Positions 30,010 to 39,868 of a stretch of DNA of 64,000 nucleotides are shown piece after piece. Position numbers and translations under genes: made by a program. Positions within the stretch are counted from its first letter, which is position 1. Every line of letters begins with the position of its first letter. Below the pieces are notes generated by a model that worked only from the letters and a program-made list of their open reading frames with translations, ran no database searches and had not been told where the DNA came from. Origin of the DNA: an uncultured virus (IMG/VR IMGVR_UViG_3300035183_000083) (taxonomy: Duplodnaviria; Heunggongvirae; Uroviricota; Caudoviricetes); IMG/VR virus record IMGVR_UViG_3300035183_000083; one strand, 5' to 3'.

Positions 30010-30225
30010 CTAGCATCGTAGGTACCAATCCAGGAGATTTTTAATGGCTGCTTGTACGACCTCAGCTGATTCTGGCTTAAGGAGCTTAGTTGCATAGTAC
30101 AAACCGGGTTCAGCCGGTACTGTCGAGTCTATTACTGTATTAAAGTCCAATACATGAATTTTGGACGGGCCGAAAACTTTTACGCCTGTACCAGGAATGG
30201 TTATGCTATACATAAAAAACCTCAA
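30010..30225 (-). CDS. Small hypothetical protein
   Basis: ORF with GAGG before the internal ATG. Confidence 0.55.
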   Translation of the reverse strand: MRFFMYSITIPGTGVKVFGPSKIHVLDFNTVIDSTVPAEPGLYYATKLLKPESAEVVQAAIKNLLDWYLRC

Positions 30226-30242
30226 CGTTTATAGAAAAACTG

Positions 30243-30659
30243 CTACTTAGGTAGACCGTATGTATTGGTTACCATCACGTACAACCTGTCGATGGCTTGA
30301 CACATAGTCTGCTGAGTATCCGAGATTTCAACGGATACAGACATGCCGTTGGTGTTCGGCCTTTCAAACCGAGCCTCCCACCAGACATCTGGGCCGTACA
30401 CACGGCGCTTACTTTTTGTGCTATATCGTATGGTGACATCACCGTAGGCCTCCATTTCTTCTACTTTGGTCGTCAAAGTCTCACCACACGTAGGTTCCCA
30501 GCTGTATTTGGGGTGAGGTGTTAGAGAAATGGGTTCAAAATTGGAGGCCGCTAATAAACCAATCACTAAGGCCGAACATAAAGTGCGGCAAATCCAAGCG
30601 TTGGTCTTAAGGGGCTGCTGGTGGGGTGTAGGCGGTAATTGGTGGTTATTATGGTTCAT
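30243..30659 (-). CDS. Hypothetical membrane/exported protein (start revised)
   Basis: AAGGAG SD before MNHNN; hydrophobic stretch LCSALVIGLLAA. Confidence 0.65.
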   Translation of the reverse strand: MNHNNHQLPPTPHQQPLKTNAWICRTLCSALVIGLLAASNFEPISLTPHPKYSWEPTCGETLTTKVEEMEAYGDVTIRYSTKSKRRVYGPDVWWEARFERPNTNGMSVSVEISDTQQTMCQAIDRLYVMVTNTYGLPK

Positions 30660-30672
30660 AGATGGAGCTCCT

Positions 30673-31071
30673 TTATGCCCGTACATTAGTAGACACAGAA
30701 CCGTCAGGGTAGACGGCAAAAACCGTCGTTTTGACCTCACCAGGCCAGAGAGTAGCAACTAAGGAATTGGTCGCCTTTAGACCATCAGGATTGCCTTTAG
30801 GAGGTATGGCTACAACAACTATTTCACAGTTGCCCCTACGGAAAGCGTCCATAGACGAACCGATAAACCTTGAGTCATTGGAGGCCGCTAGGTTTCGACA
30901 CTCCAATTCGGACAAGCCTGTATATTGGATCTCCATTGGATGGAGCGTTGTTAAAATTGTAGCCATCGTAGCGATCTGTTCACTAGATAATGGCCGAACA
31001 CTTGCTAACCCTACTGACATGCGTTGGTACCACCTTGAGTTGTTTTGGCTGACCTGACCTAGGTCGATCAA
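30673..31071 (-). CDS. Hypothetical protein
   Basis: ORF co-oriented with neighbours; start uncertain. Confidence 0.55.
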   Translation of the reverse strand: MIDLGQVSQNNSRWYQRMSVGLASVRPLSSEQIATMATILTTLHPMEIQYTGLSELECRNLAASNDSRFIGSSMDAFRRGNCEIVVVAIPPKGNPDGLKATNSLVATLWPGEVKTTVFAVYPDGSVSTNVRA

Positions 31072-31159
31072 GCCTTGAGTTAAAAGTTAATCCGCGCCTG
31101 ATGCTAAGGTTTCGCCTGGCGCGCTGGACGCTGTTGCCGCTGCTCGAAACACGCGCTGG

Positions 31160-31276
31160 AAAAGCGCAAAAAGCGCAAAAAGCGCAAAAAGCGCAAAAAG
31201 CGCAAAAAGCGCAAAAAGCGCAAAAAGCGCAAAAAGCGCAAAAAGCGCAAAAAGCGCAAAAAGCGCAAAAAGCGCA
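31160..31276. repeat. Perfect 9-bp tandem repeat (AAAAGCGCA)x13
   Basis: Counted directly from the sequence. Confidence 0.97.
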
Positions 31277-31618
31277 CGACCTGCCCCGCTGCGCCCGCCG
31301 CCCAAAGGTAAACCTCGTTCTCCAAGCGATGAGGATTTTTCAAAAGACAGTTGTTCTAGGTACTAGACTTTAAGTTAAGTCTTAGGAAGGTTCTTAATTG
31401 GAGGGAGATGAGTTCTTTTTATCTAGACTCCTGTTCATCAAATCCTTGATAGACTAGGGTCTAACTAGGTCGTACATGCTTGTTAAGGTCTTGCAGTGAA
31501 AAGGAGCCTTACACAAAGTGGCAAGGCAGACCTCCCCTTTTCACAAGTCTTAGAGTTGTTTGACCGACCTTTCAGGTCTAGTAAACTGATCTAAGACTTA
31601 AGGAACTCCCTTGAATTT

Positions 31619-31671
31619 TAACTTTCCGCTCCGCTTCAAGTTATCGTAACTTTCCGCTCCGCTTCAAGTTA
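31619..31671. repeat. Two direct 25-bp repeats TAACTTTCCGCTCCGCTTCAAGTTA, each with inverted TAACTT/AAGTTA ends
   Basis: Copies start at 31619 and 31647. Confidence 0.9.
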
Positions 31672-32067
31672 CTCCTTCCTTTCTGAGTTCCTTCCTAAAA
31701 TCTAAAACTTTAAGTTCTGACCTTTTAAGCCTTTAACCCTAAAGTTTTAAATTCAACACACGATAACTAGATGACACATGTTATAGGTTGTGTGGTTACC
31801 TTCTGTACCACACACCGTTTGCTATCTCACTCATTCACTCGCCGCTCATTCTTTCGATTTACGCAACCAATTGAAACTTCGTTGATTCACTTTCTACTTG
31901 TTTATCTTCACTCTTTCAACCCTCACACCTTATCTGTTTGTGAATGTTTGAAACAGTTCGATGAAACGTTCATCAAACTACGTTTACATTTTTCGGTTTT
32001 CGTTTTTTGACGAAAATCGTCATTTTTCGTCAAAATCGTCATTTTTGCATGAAAATTTGTCTTTTAA

Positions 32068-32080
32068 AATCAATGACTTA
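32068..32080 (+). promoter_or_regulatory. IHF consensus site
   Basis: AATCAATGACTTA matches WATCAANNNNTTR, embedded in A/T-tract DNA. Confidence 0.55.
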
Positions 32081-32292
32081 GAATGCGAAAAAATATTTTT
32101 TCTCGGTAAAAATCACTTCATTTTTCGCACAAAAATACTTGGACAGATTTGCGTGTTTTGTGACTGCATTAAATCGCATAAATGACAAGAGTGACCTTTA
32201 ACTGAGGTGAAGAGTAGGTGCATACAATAAGGTGACGGCTTATACTACTGGTTTAACCAAGCCAAGTCCACATGTAAGACCTACCTTGAGGT

Positions 32293-32334
32293 AACAACAG
32301 GTAGGTGACTCATTAGAATCTCCTACCTGTTGTT
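32293..32334 (-). terminator. Stem-loop downstream of the 32362 gene
   Basis: 13-bp inverted repeat aacaacaggtagg...cctacctgttgtt. Confidence 0.6.
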
Positions 32335-32361
32335 AGGTCGCTTAAGGTTGTCGCTTAAGGT

Positions 32362-32877
32362 TTAGGGCACAATCTTTAACTGTACTGGAATTACCCGCTT
32401 GAGTTGTCGATCAACCTTCGACATCTCCAGTCTTACTAGACGGAAGAAACTGCCGTCTACTACACATACGTCATGATGAAAAGACTGAACCATTAGTTCC
32501 ATTAGAACTAATTCGAGCCTATCGTCTGACACTGGTGCTGGGAGGTTTGCATCAAATACACCGTCAGACGCTTGTTGCCTAATGCCAACAGGCCTTCCGA
32601 ATTCAGACACGGAGCAGCACTCAGACGGGTCAGACGAATAGGATGGATCCCTATCAGCCTGTTGAACCGAGTAACGGTATATATAGCCGTCAAGAGTTAT
32701 AATGAAATGCGTGGTTACCCGAAGGTCTGCGTTGGACCTGTAATCTACCACCTTGTTATATATTCCAAGGTTAGATAGGTCTTCTCCAATAATATATTGG
32801 GCCCACTCTTTGAACTGGGTCACGCGATCTGCCATTATTTGGCAAGCTTTAGTTAGGGAGACTGCGATGGAGGCCAT
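32362..32877 (-). CDS. Hypothetical protein
   Basis: AGGAG SD, 171 aa. Confidence 0.7.
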   Translation of the reverse strand: MASIAVSLTKACQIMADRVTQFKEWAQYIIGEDLSNLGIYNKVVDYRSNADLRVTTHFIITLDGYIYRYSVQQADRDPSYSSDPSECCSVSEFGRPVGIRQQASDGVFDANLPAPVSDDRLELVLMELMVQSFHHDVCVVDGSFFRLVRLEMSKVDRQLKRVIPVQLKIVP

Positions 32878-32925
32878 TGTACTTACTCCTAATGCTTTAA
32901 GTCTTTGGTGACCTGAGGTTGGTTG

Positions 32926-33573
32926 TTATTTAGGTGGACGTGGGAGTGGTCCGGACCATTGATAGTCCGAAGATCGCACCTGGCTAACATCGGTGCCTTT
33001 AGCAGGTGCCACCAAGCTTGCCGTCCTCGACCACAGTTTCCCCTCTGCCATGTGGAGTTCAATCTGCCGTATGGTCAGCTCGCCATTACGCCTTACGTAG
33101 TAAAAGCCAGGCTCAGTTGGAAGTCCCGGCTCCCACTTAGCTAAAGTTTCATGCACCTTTCTGCTCCCTAAAGCATTCGTTATGTTTACCACTACTTGTT
33201 TCATCTGGCCCAACCATAGACCTATATGAGACTGAATTGATGGTAATACCGATAGAAACGCATTCACTTCATCAGGGCATATATGAATCATTACCTTCCT
33301 CCGCTGCTGCCTAGTGACATGATGGTATTGACCTGCTTCCCTAGCTTTGGCGTCTTGCAATCTTTTCTCAGCTTTTCTATGCCGCTTTATATAAGCAGAA
33401 GATAAAGCTTTAGAGTCCAGCTCCTTTTGGATCTCTTTGCTAACTACCAAATGTTTTGGTTTCACTTAGGGTATGACGGCCACCTTCTTTTCTTTGGGTT
33501 TGTTGTCAATAGGGCTGCCAACCAACAAATCCGCTACTTGCATTACTGCCGAAACCAGTAAACTTCTTCTCAT
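32926..33573 (-). CDS. Hypothetical protein; probable start 33573 with an in-frame TAA at 33466-33468
   Basis: Upstream 35 codons are in frame with the 179-aa ORF; C-terminal LPTEPGFYYVR...WSGPLPRP motif. Confidence 0.6.
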
Positions 33574-33600
33574 CGTTATCCCCGTCTTTATAGGTAAAGG

Positions 33601-34131
33601 CTAATACGCTGACTTAGGAATCCACCGTGCCTTCCCTTTTTGGTATCCTGTTTTAGCTTCTCTATACGAGTGCTGTGTTACCCTAGGTGGTCTAGTCATT
33701 CTCTTTTTACATTCCTTGTGTAAGCACTTACCTGTGCTAACGTCCAAAAACCCTATACTGAAAACCCTCTTACACGGACATTCACACATAAAGACTTCCT
33801 TGGAAGTCAGAAGAATCATAATCGCTTCCTCTACCACATCCTTATCAATACCCAGCTTAGTAGATAGTTCTAAAGCGTTTGGGTTTGTTCCTTTAACGGC
33901 GTATGCGACCTTCTTTATGATAATCGCCTCATCCAACGTCTTCACCTTAAACCTAAGGTGTTCAACCGTCACCTTGTCTTCTGTGTGCTTAGGCCGCCTA
34001 ATAGCCTTTTCTATAGTCTTTAGCGACCTATGTTCTGGCCATCCTATGGCCTTAGCTATGTCTAGCATTGACAGGCCTTTTGCCTTTAAGGCCTTAGCCT
34101 CCTCTATCTGACTCTCCGTTAAGTACAGCAT
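33601..34131 (-). CDS. HTH and Cys/His zinc-binding protein
   Basis: LTESQIEEAKALKAKGLSMLDIAKAIG (HTH); CECPC...CLHKEC. Confidence 0.65.
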   Translation of the reverse strand: MLYLTESQIEEAKALKAKGLSMLDIAKAIGWPEHRSLKTIEKAIRRPKHTEDKVTVEHLRFKVKTLDEAIIIKKVAYAVKGTNPNALELSTKLGIDKDVVEEAIMILLTSKEVFMCECPCKRVFSIGFLDVSTGKCLHKECKKRMTRPPRVTQHSYREAKTGYQKGKARWIPKSAY

Positions 34132-34152
34132 AGCACATCTCCATTACTAGGT

Positions 34153-34626
34153 CTAAGGTTGAGTTGGCATTAGTGAAGTTTCAGGCCTGAATGTGACGGC
34201 CATAGTGTAGTCATAAGGATTGAATCTCAGCGAGACATCATGTAGCCTATCACAGATAAAGCCTTTCCATTGTTCTTTGTTTCTTTCCCATCCAGCCGGT
34301 ATAGCATATACTATCACGAACATCTCCATCTTCTTCGCCACCCTCTTTGACATACCTCTAAATGCCAGTCGTTTGGCATAAGCTTGGTTGACATGGGAGC
34401 CCCTTTTACTTATGCGAATCTCGGACCTAAGCACCATTATAACCACTATGTGCGGATCACCCCTTTCTACAGCCTTTTTGAGACTAACCAAAGTTGAAAT
34501 ACGCTCTTTGCTATTTGATCCCCACACGAATATCGCCTTAGGCATGGACGGTGGTTTACCAGCCATAGAGTCCGCCACGACCTCTAGCATATCAACTGTT
34601 TTCACCGGATTCACTATCTTAATCAC
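34153..34626 (-). CDS. Hypothetical protein
   Basis: 157-aa ORF. Confidence 0.65.
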   Translation of the reverse strand: MIKIVNPVKTVDMLEVVADSMAGKPPSMPKAIFVWGSNSKERISTLVSLKKAVERGDPHIVVIMVLRSEIRISKRGSHVNQAYAKRLAFRGMSKRVAKKMEMFVIVYAIPAGWERNKEQWKGFICDRLHDVSLRFNPYDYTMAVTFRPETSLMPTQP

Positions 34627-34713
34627 CTTGATTGGTTGACTGTAAGTGGCCTGTGTTGGTTGTTCAGGCGACTTATTTAGGTCTAGATGCTACTGCTTGA
34701 TACTGCTTGCTGA

Positions 34714-35034
34714 TTACTCCAAGAGTCCCCGTTCTTTGAGCAAGCGCCGTAGCTTCTTGTAGACGGCTACTGCTTTTTCCTCAGGGATCGCAATCCCCTT
34801 AGGGGTTGGCTTTAGCTCATCCTCGTTGTCTAGGTAGAAGTGTCGAATATCCACGTAGTCTTTACCTTTGTAGTGAGAGGTAGAGACGTTGATAGCACCT
34901 TTCCCATTAGGAATGGAATAAGATGCACCTTGGTCTTCTTGACCTTTCTTCTTTGACTTCTCAGAACCTTTAGTCTTGGAAGAGCTAGAGCCTTTCTTGC
35001 CTTCACTTTTGTCGCCAACCTTACGCTTTACCAT
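34714..35034 (-). CDS. PC4/Sub1-like ssDNA-binding protein
   Basis: VSTSHYKGKDYVDIRHFY...KPTPKGIAI. Confidence 0.85.
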   Translation of the reverse strand: MVKRKVGDKSEGKKGSSSSKTKGSEKSKKKGQEDQGASYSIPNGKGAINVSTSHYKGKDYVDIRHFYLDNEDELKPTPKGIAIPEEKAVAVYKKLRRLLKERGLLE

Positions 35035-35044
35035 TGTAGTGCTC

Positions 35045-35749
35045 CTATTGGAATAAGTCTTGATCTATACTTTGGTTTTCAACTTGACCTTGTTTACTTC
35101 CATCGGACTGACCGAATAATTCTTGGTATAAACTGGACCTTTCTCCCGTGCTTACATCTTTGACCTTCACCTTAACTTTGGGTTGAATCTCCTCATCCTC
35201 ATCGTCCCACTCATCACCATCTACGACAGGGTCCTCATCTTCATCTTCATCCTCAATGGCATCCTCCTCGTCATCGACGTCAGGATCAGCATCGTCAAAA
35301 TCATCGTCAGGGAAGAAGCTTCCAAAGGGACCAACCTTGCCTTTAGTCTGCCTAAACCCACCACCTTTTTTAGGTGGTTTTTTACGCCCTTGACCATTAC
35401 CGTCCAGGTCTTCATCGCCATCCAGTGCGTCGGCTGACATGGAATATAGATCGCTTGCTTCTCTCCGTGTCGGAGCCTTCACTTTCTCTGGTTGGTCAAC
35501 GGTCAAAACTTTGGCCACAGATTTTCCAACTCCATACCGTTGGATATTGGGGTACAGCTTGTAGTATTGGGTATAGTTCCAAATCCAACTAGGCTTGATA
35601 CCAGCCAGGGCTGTGGCAACCAGTAGCCCGAATGTTTCCTTTTCTGTTAGTAGCATGGATGACAGTACGTTAAACGTCTGGCCTGCTGTTACACCTCTAG
35701 CTTTGTTGGATTCTTCAAATGCTAACCCCATGTAAATTTCCAAGAGCAT
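35045..35749 (-). CDS. Hypothetical protein with acidic low-complexity C-half
   Basis: 234-aa ORF. Confidence 0.7.
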   Translation of the reverse strand: MLLEIYMGLAFEESNKARGVTAGQTFNVLSSMLLTEKETFGLLVATALAGIKPSWIWNYTQYYKLYPNIQRYGVGKSVAKVLTVDQPEKVKAPTRREASDLYSMSADALDGDEDLDGNGQGRKKPPKKGGGFRQTKGKVGPFGSFFPDDDFDDADPDVDDEEDAIEDEDEDEDPVVDGDEWDDEDEEIQPKVKVKVKDVSTGERSSLYQELFGQSDGSKQGQVENQSIDQDLFQ

Positions 35750-35759
35750 AGATAGGTTT

Positions 35760-36119
35760 TTAGCACCTGTGGCTTTGAGCTTGGAAGGGGGTGGACACCC
35801 CTTTCTTGGACAGCAACCCCATTAAGTCGTGACTAAAGGTCATCCATTCACCGTTACCATCGGTGTAGCAAACCAAGCAGTCAACCAGTACGCTTTCTTT
35901 TTCATAGTTGAACTGGGCTGCCTCCATTTCCGCGTCTGAGTAGGCTTTGATAGGCTGGTCATTAAGGACCGTCACACCATAGGGTTTATCCGTGTAGTTT
36001 ACCTGAACCAGGTAGAACCCATTGGGTTGGGGCTGATTCTGTTCTTTCACCATCTGGACTACTTCGGACGGTACGAAGATACTGACCAGTGCGTTAAATA
36101 CTTCTTGTGGGTAGTACAT
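35760..36119 (-). CDS. Hypothetical early protein (start revised)
   Basis: AAGGT SD before MYYPQ; CA-rich leader. Confidence 0.65.
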   Translation of the reverse strand: MYYPQEVFNALVSIFVPSEVVQMVKEQNQPQPNGFYLVQVNYTDKPYGVTVLNDQPIKAYSDAEMEAAQFNYEKESVLVDCLVCYTDGNGEWMTFSHDLMGLLSKKGVSTPFQAQSHRC

Positions 36120-36194
36120 AGTGATACCTTGTGGTTGTTGAGTTGTGAGCAGAAAACCTAGGTGGAGTAAGCCCACCTAGGTCGGGTAAGTCGT

Positions 36195-36875
36195 TTAGAT
36201 GTCAAATACAGCCACTAACCAGCAGGTCTTGTAGCCTGGGTCCATGTTTCGGTCAAACGTATAGCTTGGATACCACTCTTGGATTAAAGACATTACCAAG
36301 GTACCTTCTTTATAGAGTTTGTACCAACCCCTGTCTTCCGTGTAGGTAAATCCGTATTTACCCAGACCTTTAAGGATTTCAACAGCATTTTCCCTTACTC
36401 TCTTGTCAGGTGACGAGGTATCTAGGGGACCTTTGCTGCCGAGTCGAAAGCCGTACATAGGTTTGTTCATAACCCCTTTAATAGCCACAGGCCTATCCCT
36501 CAGACCTAGCTTGGTCAGTGTCACATACCCGTGGCCCTTGAGGATTGCTTTAATTTCCGAGCGTTTGGGCTTAGGTGCCTTGGTCTTGTCCACCGCGGCT
36601 GAAGGTATAGCCTTAAGCACAGACAGGTTGCGCTTCACATCGGCTAGTGTACCGCTTACATTTTCGACCACTGCACCAGTGGTCAGTCGGCCTGCCGCCA
36701 GCATCTGCAAGGCTTCTTGGCACTCACCTAGTTGCCGAGCTATGTAGGTCGCTAGGCCTGACTGGGTGGTAATATCCAACAGCTGGCTCTTGACAGGAGA
36801 CGCTTTAGCTATGTTGGCATTCTTGACGTTGGCTTTAGAGCCCTTAGATGCTGTGTTGTCGTTCATAAAAGTCAC
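36195..36875 (-). CDS. Hypothetical early protein
   Basis: Directly downstream of a sigma70 promoter. Confidence 0.7.
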   Translation of the reverse strand: MTFMNDNTASKGSKANVKNANIAKASPVKSQLLDITTQSGLATYIARQLGECQEALQMLAAGRLTTGAVVENVSGTLADVKRNLSVLKAIPSAAVDKTKAPKPKRSEIKAILKGHGYVTLTKLGLRDRPVAIKGVMNKPMYGFRLGSKGPLDTSSPDKRVRENAVEILKGLGKYGFTYTEDRGWYKLYKEGTLVMSLIQEWYPSYTFDRNMDPGYKTCWLVAVFDI

Positions 36876-36933
36876 CGTGTGCTGTAAGGGTTGATCAAAG
36901 TCGTGTTTGCGCGTGTATAGCTAGCGCAGCTCC

Positions 36934-36962
36934 ATTATATCACACTAGGGGCTACTTGTCAA
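36934..36962 (-). promoter_or_regulatory. Sigma70 consensus promoter with extended -10
   Basis: TTGACA agtagcccctagtgtga TATAAT. Confidence 0.9.
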
Positions 36963-37255
36963 TAGTCGCTATTCGCGCACGTACGGACCCCTTTGAGCCT
37001 CAGGTTGCACCCATATAGCTGGACTATGAATTGTTGATGGAGCCTTTTACCTAAACGCCTTTCGCATATAGCTGGAAACTGATCGTAGCCTCCTCCTCCT
37101 TTGTAGGTGTTGCACTTCCTAAACGCTCCACCATCTAGTAAGACTAGATGGTTAACGTCGAGTTGTTGGTACTTGGATATTGGCACCACTTTCCACTTAA
37201 AGTCTTGCTTTGTTGACGACATAACACTTGCCTTTTTGGTTGGGTGGTGTGACAC
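36959..37255 (-). pseudogene. Truncated radical-SAM protein remnant
   Basis: QFIVQLYGCNLR (start of CxxxCxxC), then a stop 13 codons later that overlaps the -35 box. Confidence 0.55.
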
Positions 37256-37279
37256 ACGAAAAGATCACACCACCTTATC

Positions 37280-37576
37280 TTACTGACCTAGCTCTATTAA
37301 CGATAGACGCCACTCGTGACCTATGTAGGTGAGTGCATAGGTATCTAAGGCTTCCTTCTTTTCCTTTATATGCCCCAGCTCCTGTTTTGTTAGCCGCAAC
37401 TTTGAGTGTTTGGTCAAGCTGTCTGTCTGATAGCAGTAGATGGTTTCCGCTTGATCGAACAGTCCCGCTGGTTGAGCACACAATACGCCTGGGCTTAAAA
37501 CTTTTATTTCCGTATTCCTCAAGCCCTTAAGTTGTGCAACTCCTTCTGACAACCTAACGTAATACATGTAATTCAC
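37280..37576 (-). CDS. Hypothetical protein
   Basis: ORF with GAGG SD. Confidence 0.6.
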   Translation of the reverse strand: MNYMYYVRLSEGVAQLKGLRNTEIKVLSPGVLCAQPAGLFDQAETIYCYQTDSLTKHSKLRLTKQELGHIKEKKEALDTYALTYIGHEWRLSLIELGQ

Positions 37577-37586
37577 AATGTGCCTC

Positions 37587-38177
37587 TCACTCTGATCTGT
37601 GCTTGGGTTTTTGCCCAGTCAACAACTCTATTATGCCAGGTTGTTTCTTGGCATCTAAGGGTCTGCCGGTAACCATGTAGGTCTTTTTGATCTTCACTAT
37701 CTTCACCGGACCTTTAGTCTTATTTAACGCACCTTCTAGCTTCTTCCATATAAACTGCATCTCCTTGTCATTTTTCCCAAAGTAATTCCTCAGGTCTGCT
37801 TGGTCTTTATCTGTCAACGTGTACGTACCCCTTCTGTGGTAAATAGCACAGACCGCAAGACCTAACGCAAGAACGTCCTGGTATTTAACCAGGAATTGGG
37901 CCAACTCCTTTTCATCCTTTTGTCTGTCCTTCTCTTGCTTCTCCTTGGTTGACTCTACGTGTTGTTCATACATAAACTTTGGCCTTTTTCTACCTCGTTT
38001 AGTAGAAACATCGTTTTTCTGTTCTTTGGTCAAAGCGTTTGCAGTTATCTGCGCCGCTGCCACTGCTGTAGCTTTTCCTGATTTGGCATCGGGAGACCCA
38101 CTCTTTTTAGGCTGCTTTTGGGACTGTTTGACTACCACAGGCCCCATTGGTTTTTTGGTCTTCTTGATAATGCTCAT
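37587..38177 (-). CDS. Lys-rich hypothetical protein
   Basis: ORF with SD. Confidence 0.7.
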   Translation of the reverse strand: MSIIKKTKKPMGPVVVKQSQKQPKKSGSPDAKSGKATAVAAAQITANALTKEQKNDVSTKRGRKRPKFMYEQHVESTKEKQEKDRQKDEKELAQFLVKYQDVLALGLAVCAIYHRRGTYTLTDKDQADLRNYFGKNDKEMQFIWKKLEGALNKTKGPVKIVKIKKTYMVTGRPLDAKKQPGIIELLTGQKPKHRSE

Positions 38178-38182
38178 GGTTC

Positions 38183-38704
38183 CTACTCCTTGGATCTGAC
38201 TCTTGTGAGTCTTCCGAACTGATCCCTAGAACCAGGAGGCCTAGGTGTTACATTAGCCAGCTGGTTGTGCTTATTGACAGCTCTGTTTTGCTGGACAACC
38301 AGCTCTTTGTCGATCCAGCTCCTTTCTCCACCTCGTACTTTATCAGTAGGTTGGTACAGCTTATAGCGTAGCTTATGAGGGAAGTCCAGGTAATCTTTTA
38401 CCATGTACCTAGCTTGCATAGCTTGGGCTACGTACTGATCTTCCGTAGCGGACCGACCTCTACCTGTGTAGACAGCCTTTCTAAGCAGATGGAACTCAAG
38501 GGCCTGCTGGTCTATCCTAGCCACCTTAAACTCGGTCGGCAAGGTATCAAGCATAGACCTTTCTTGGCTGATGATCCTTTGCACTAGCTTTTCTATATAA
38601 GATGGGTCTGACTCTGGAATTGAATAGTTACTCAACTCCTTAGTAAGGTTTAGGTACATGTTGTACAAAGCCGTAGCTTTCTTTTGAAATTTAGTCTTGC
38701 TCAT
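38183..38704 (-). CDS. Hypothetical protein
   Basis: ORF with AGGA SD. Confidence 0.7.
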   Translation of the reverse strand: MSKTKFQKKATALYNMYLNLTKELSNYSIPESDPSYIEKLVQRIISQERSMLDTLPTEFKVARIDQQALEFHLLRKAVYTGRGRSATEDQYVAQAMQARYMVKDYLDFPHKLRYKLYQPTDKVRGGERSWIDKELVVQQNRAVNKHNQLANVTPRPPGSRDQFGRLTRVRSKE

Positions 38705-38820
38705 TGTTGTGTTGTCCTATGATAATGAAAAACTAGCTTAGGCCACTGTTATTAATAGTGTTTGCCTGACAGGGCTTCACATAATGGAAGCCCTGTGGCG
38801 TAAGCTCGCCTGAAATGAAC

Positions 38821-39105
38821 TCAAACGGGCTTAATCGTTTTTATGGGCTTGCTGTTGGGATGAATCAGGTGAGCCATGCGCTCTAAAGCAAGGTTCGCTC
38901 GGTACGTCAAGTACGCGGCATTAAGCTGCTCTACCGCAGAGCGCACGTCCTTTCCATCTGCCGAGTAGCCCAAGATGTACCACTCCTTGTGGTCAGAGCT
39001 AAATATAAGCTTTGCGCCACTCTCAAACATTAGGACCTCACCACTAGAGTTCTCCACATGATGTTCCGTGAACCACGGTGCAAAAGGCTGTAGTATCGTT
39101 ACCAT
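38821..39105 (-). CDS. Hypothetical protein
   Basis: ORF followed by a hairpin. Confidence 0.6.
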   Translation of the reverse strand: MVTILQPFAPWFTEHHVENSSGEVLMFESGAKLIFSSDHKEWYILGYSADGKDVRSAVEQLNAAYLTYRANLALERMAHLIHPNSKPIKTIKPV

Positions 39106-39128
39106 TAACGGTATCGAACACTTGACTA

Positions 39129-39317
39129 CTACTCGGACACTATTACCTCAAGCCCTTGTGCTTGGGCTAACTTCAACTTATTCTCCCATACCTTATAGTC
39201 GGTAATTTCTCCGTCGTTGGTCCACGCTTGGTCCCACATCTTTAGACTTCGGTTGGCTTTGAGGACTAGCGTGAATAGGTCTATGCCTTTTGTGATATTG
39301 ACTGGTATCGTGGTCAT
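39129..39317 (-). CDS. Small hypothetical protein
   Basis: ORF with AAGG SD. Confidence 0.55.
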   Translation of the reverse strand: MTTIPVNITKGIDLFTLVLKANRSLKMWDQAWTNDGEITDYKVWENKLKLAQAQGLEVIVSE

Positions 39318-39434
39318 ACTTAGCCTTTAAGTGGTTGTTGGATTCCTGAACTGCTGAACTGCTGAACTGCTGAACTGCTAGAAGCACTGGAAGCGGGACC
39401 TAGTGACCTAGACCCCGCGCGCGGTATGCTTGAA

Positions 39435-39767
39435 CTATTCGGCTGTTGCCGCCATTTCCATGATGACTTCCCGTATCTCCTCTTCCATAGAGGGAACCAA
39501 CGAACTGAGGGCTTGGACTTTGAGTCCGTTATCCAAGTCCTTCAAACCGAGACCACGGATAAACCGGTTCTTGAATACCTTAAAGGTCTTACGGTAATCC
39601 ATGGTTACAAACCCATCGTCAGTCCGGTATATCGTGTCCATCACGGCCTTAATTAAGTGCACCGACGGACTTTTGGTTATTTTGAACTCTGCGAATTCAG
39701 GTTTGCCCATCAACTTTTGAATGTGCTTGACTAGCCGCTTCTCATTAAAGAACAACATTTCGGTCAC
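39435..39767 (-). CDS. Hypothetical protein
   Basis: ORF flanked by hairpins. Confidence 0.6.
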   Translation of the reverse strand: MTEMLFFNEKRLVKHIQKLMGKPEFAEFKITKSPSVHLIKAVMDTIYRTDDGFVTMDYRKTFKVFKNRFIRGLGLKDLDNGLKVQALSSLVPSMEEEIREVIMEMAATAE

Positions 39768-39868
39768 CTTGTTGTGTTATTGGACTTAAGTTACTATTGC
39801 TTAGGGATTGATTGGGGTAGTGGTCTTACCCACTACCCCAATTTTAGATTCCTAGTCGCCTTTAAGGC

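Noticed and set aside
31087..31373. ORFs with KAQ/ALF/FLR repeats
   Set aside because: A stop-free 9-bp tandem repeat opens several frames; no SD or coding context.
39347..39379. 8-bp repeat (TGAACTGC)x4
   Set aside because: Short intergenic microsatellite with no supportable function.
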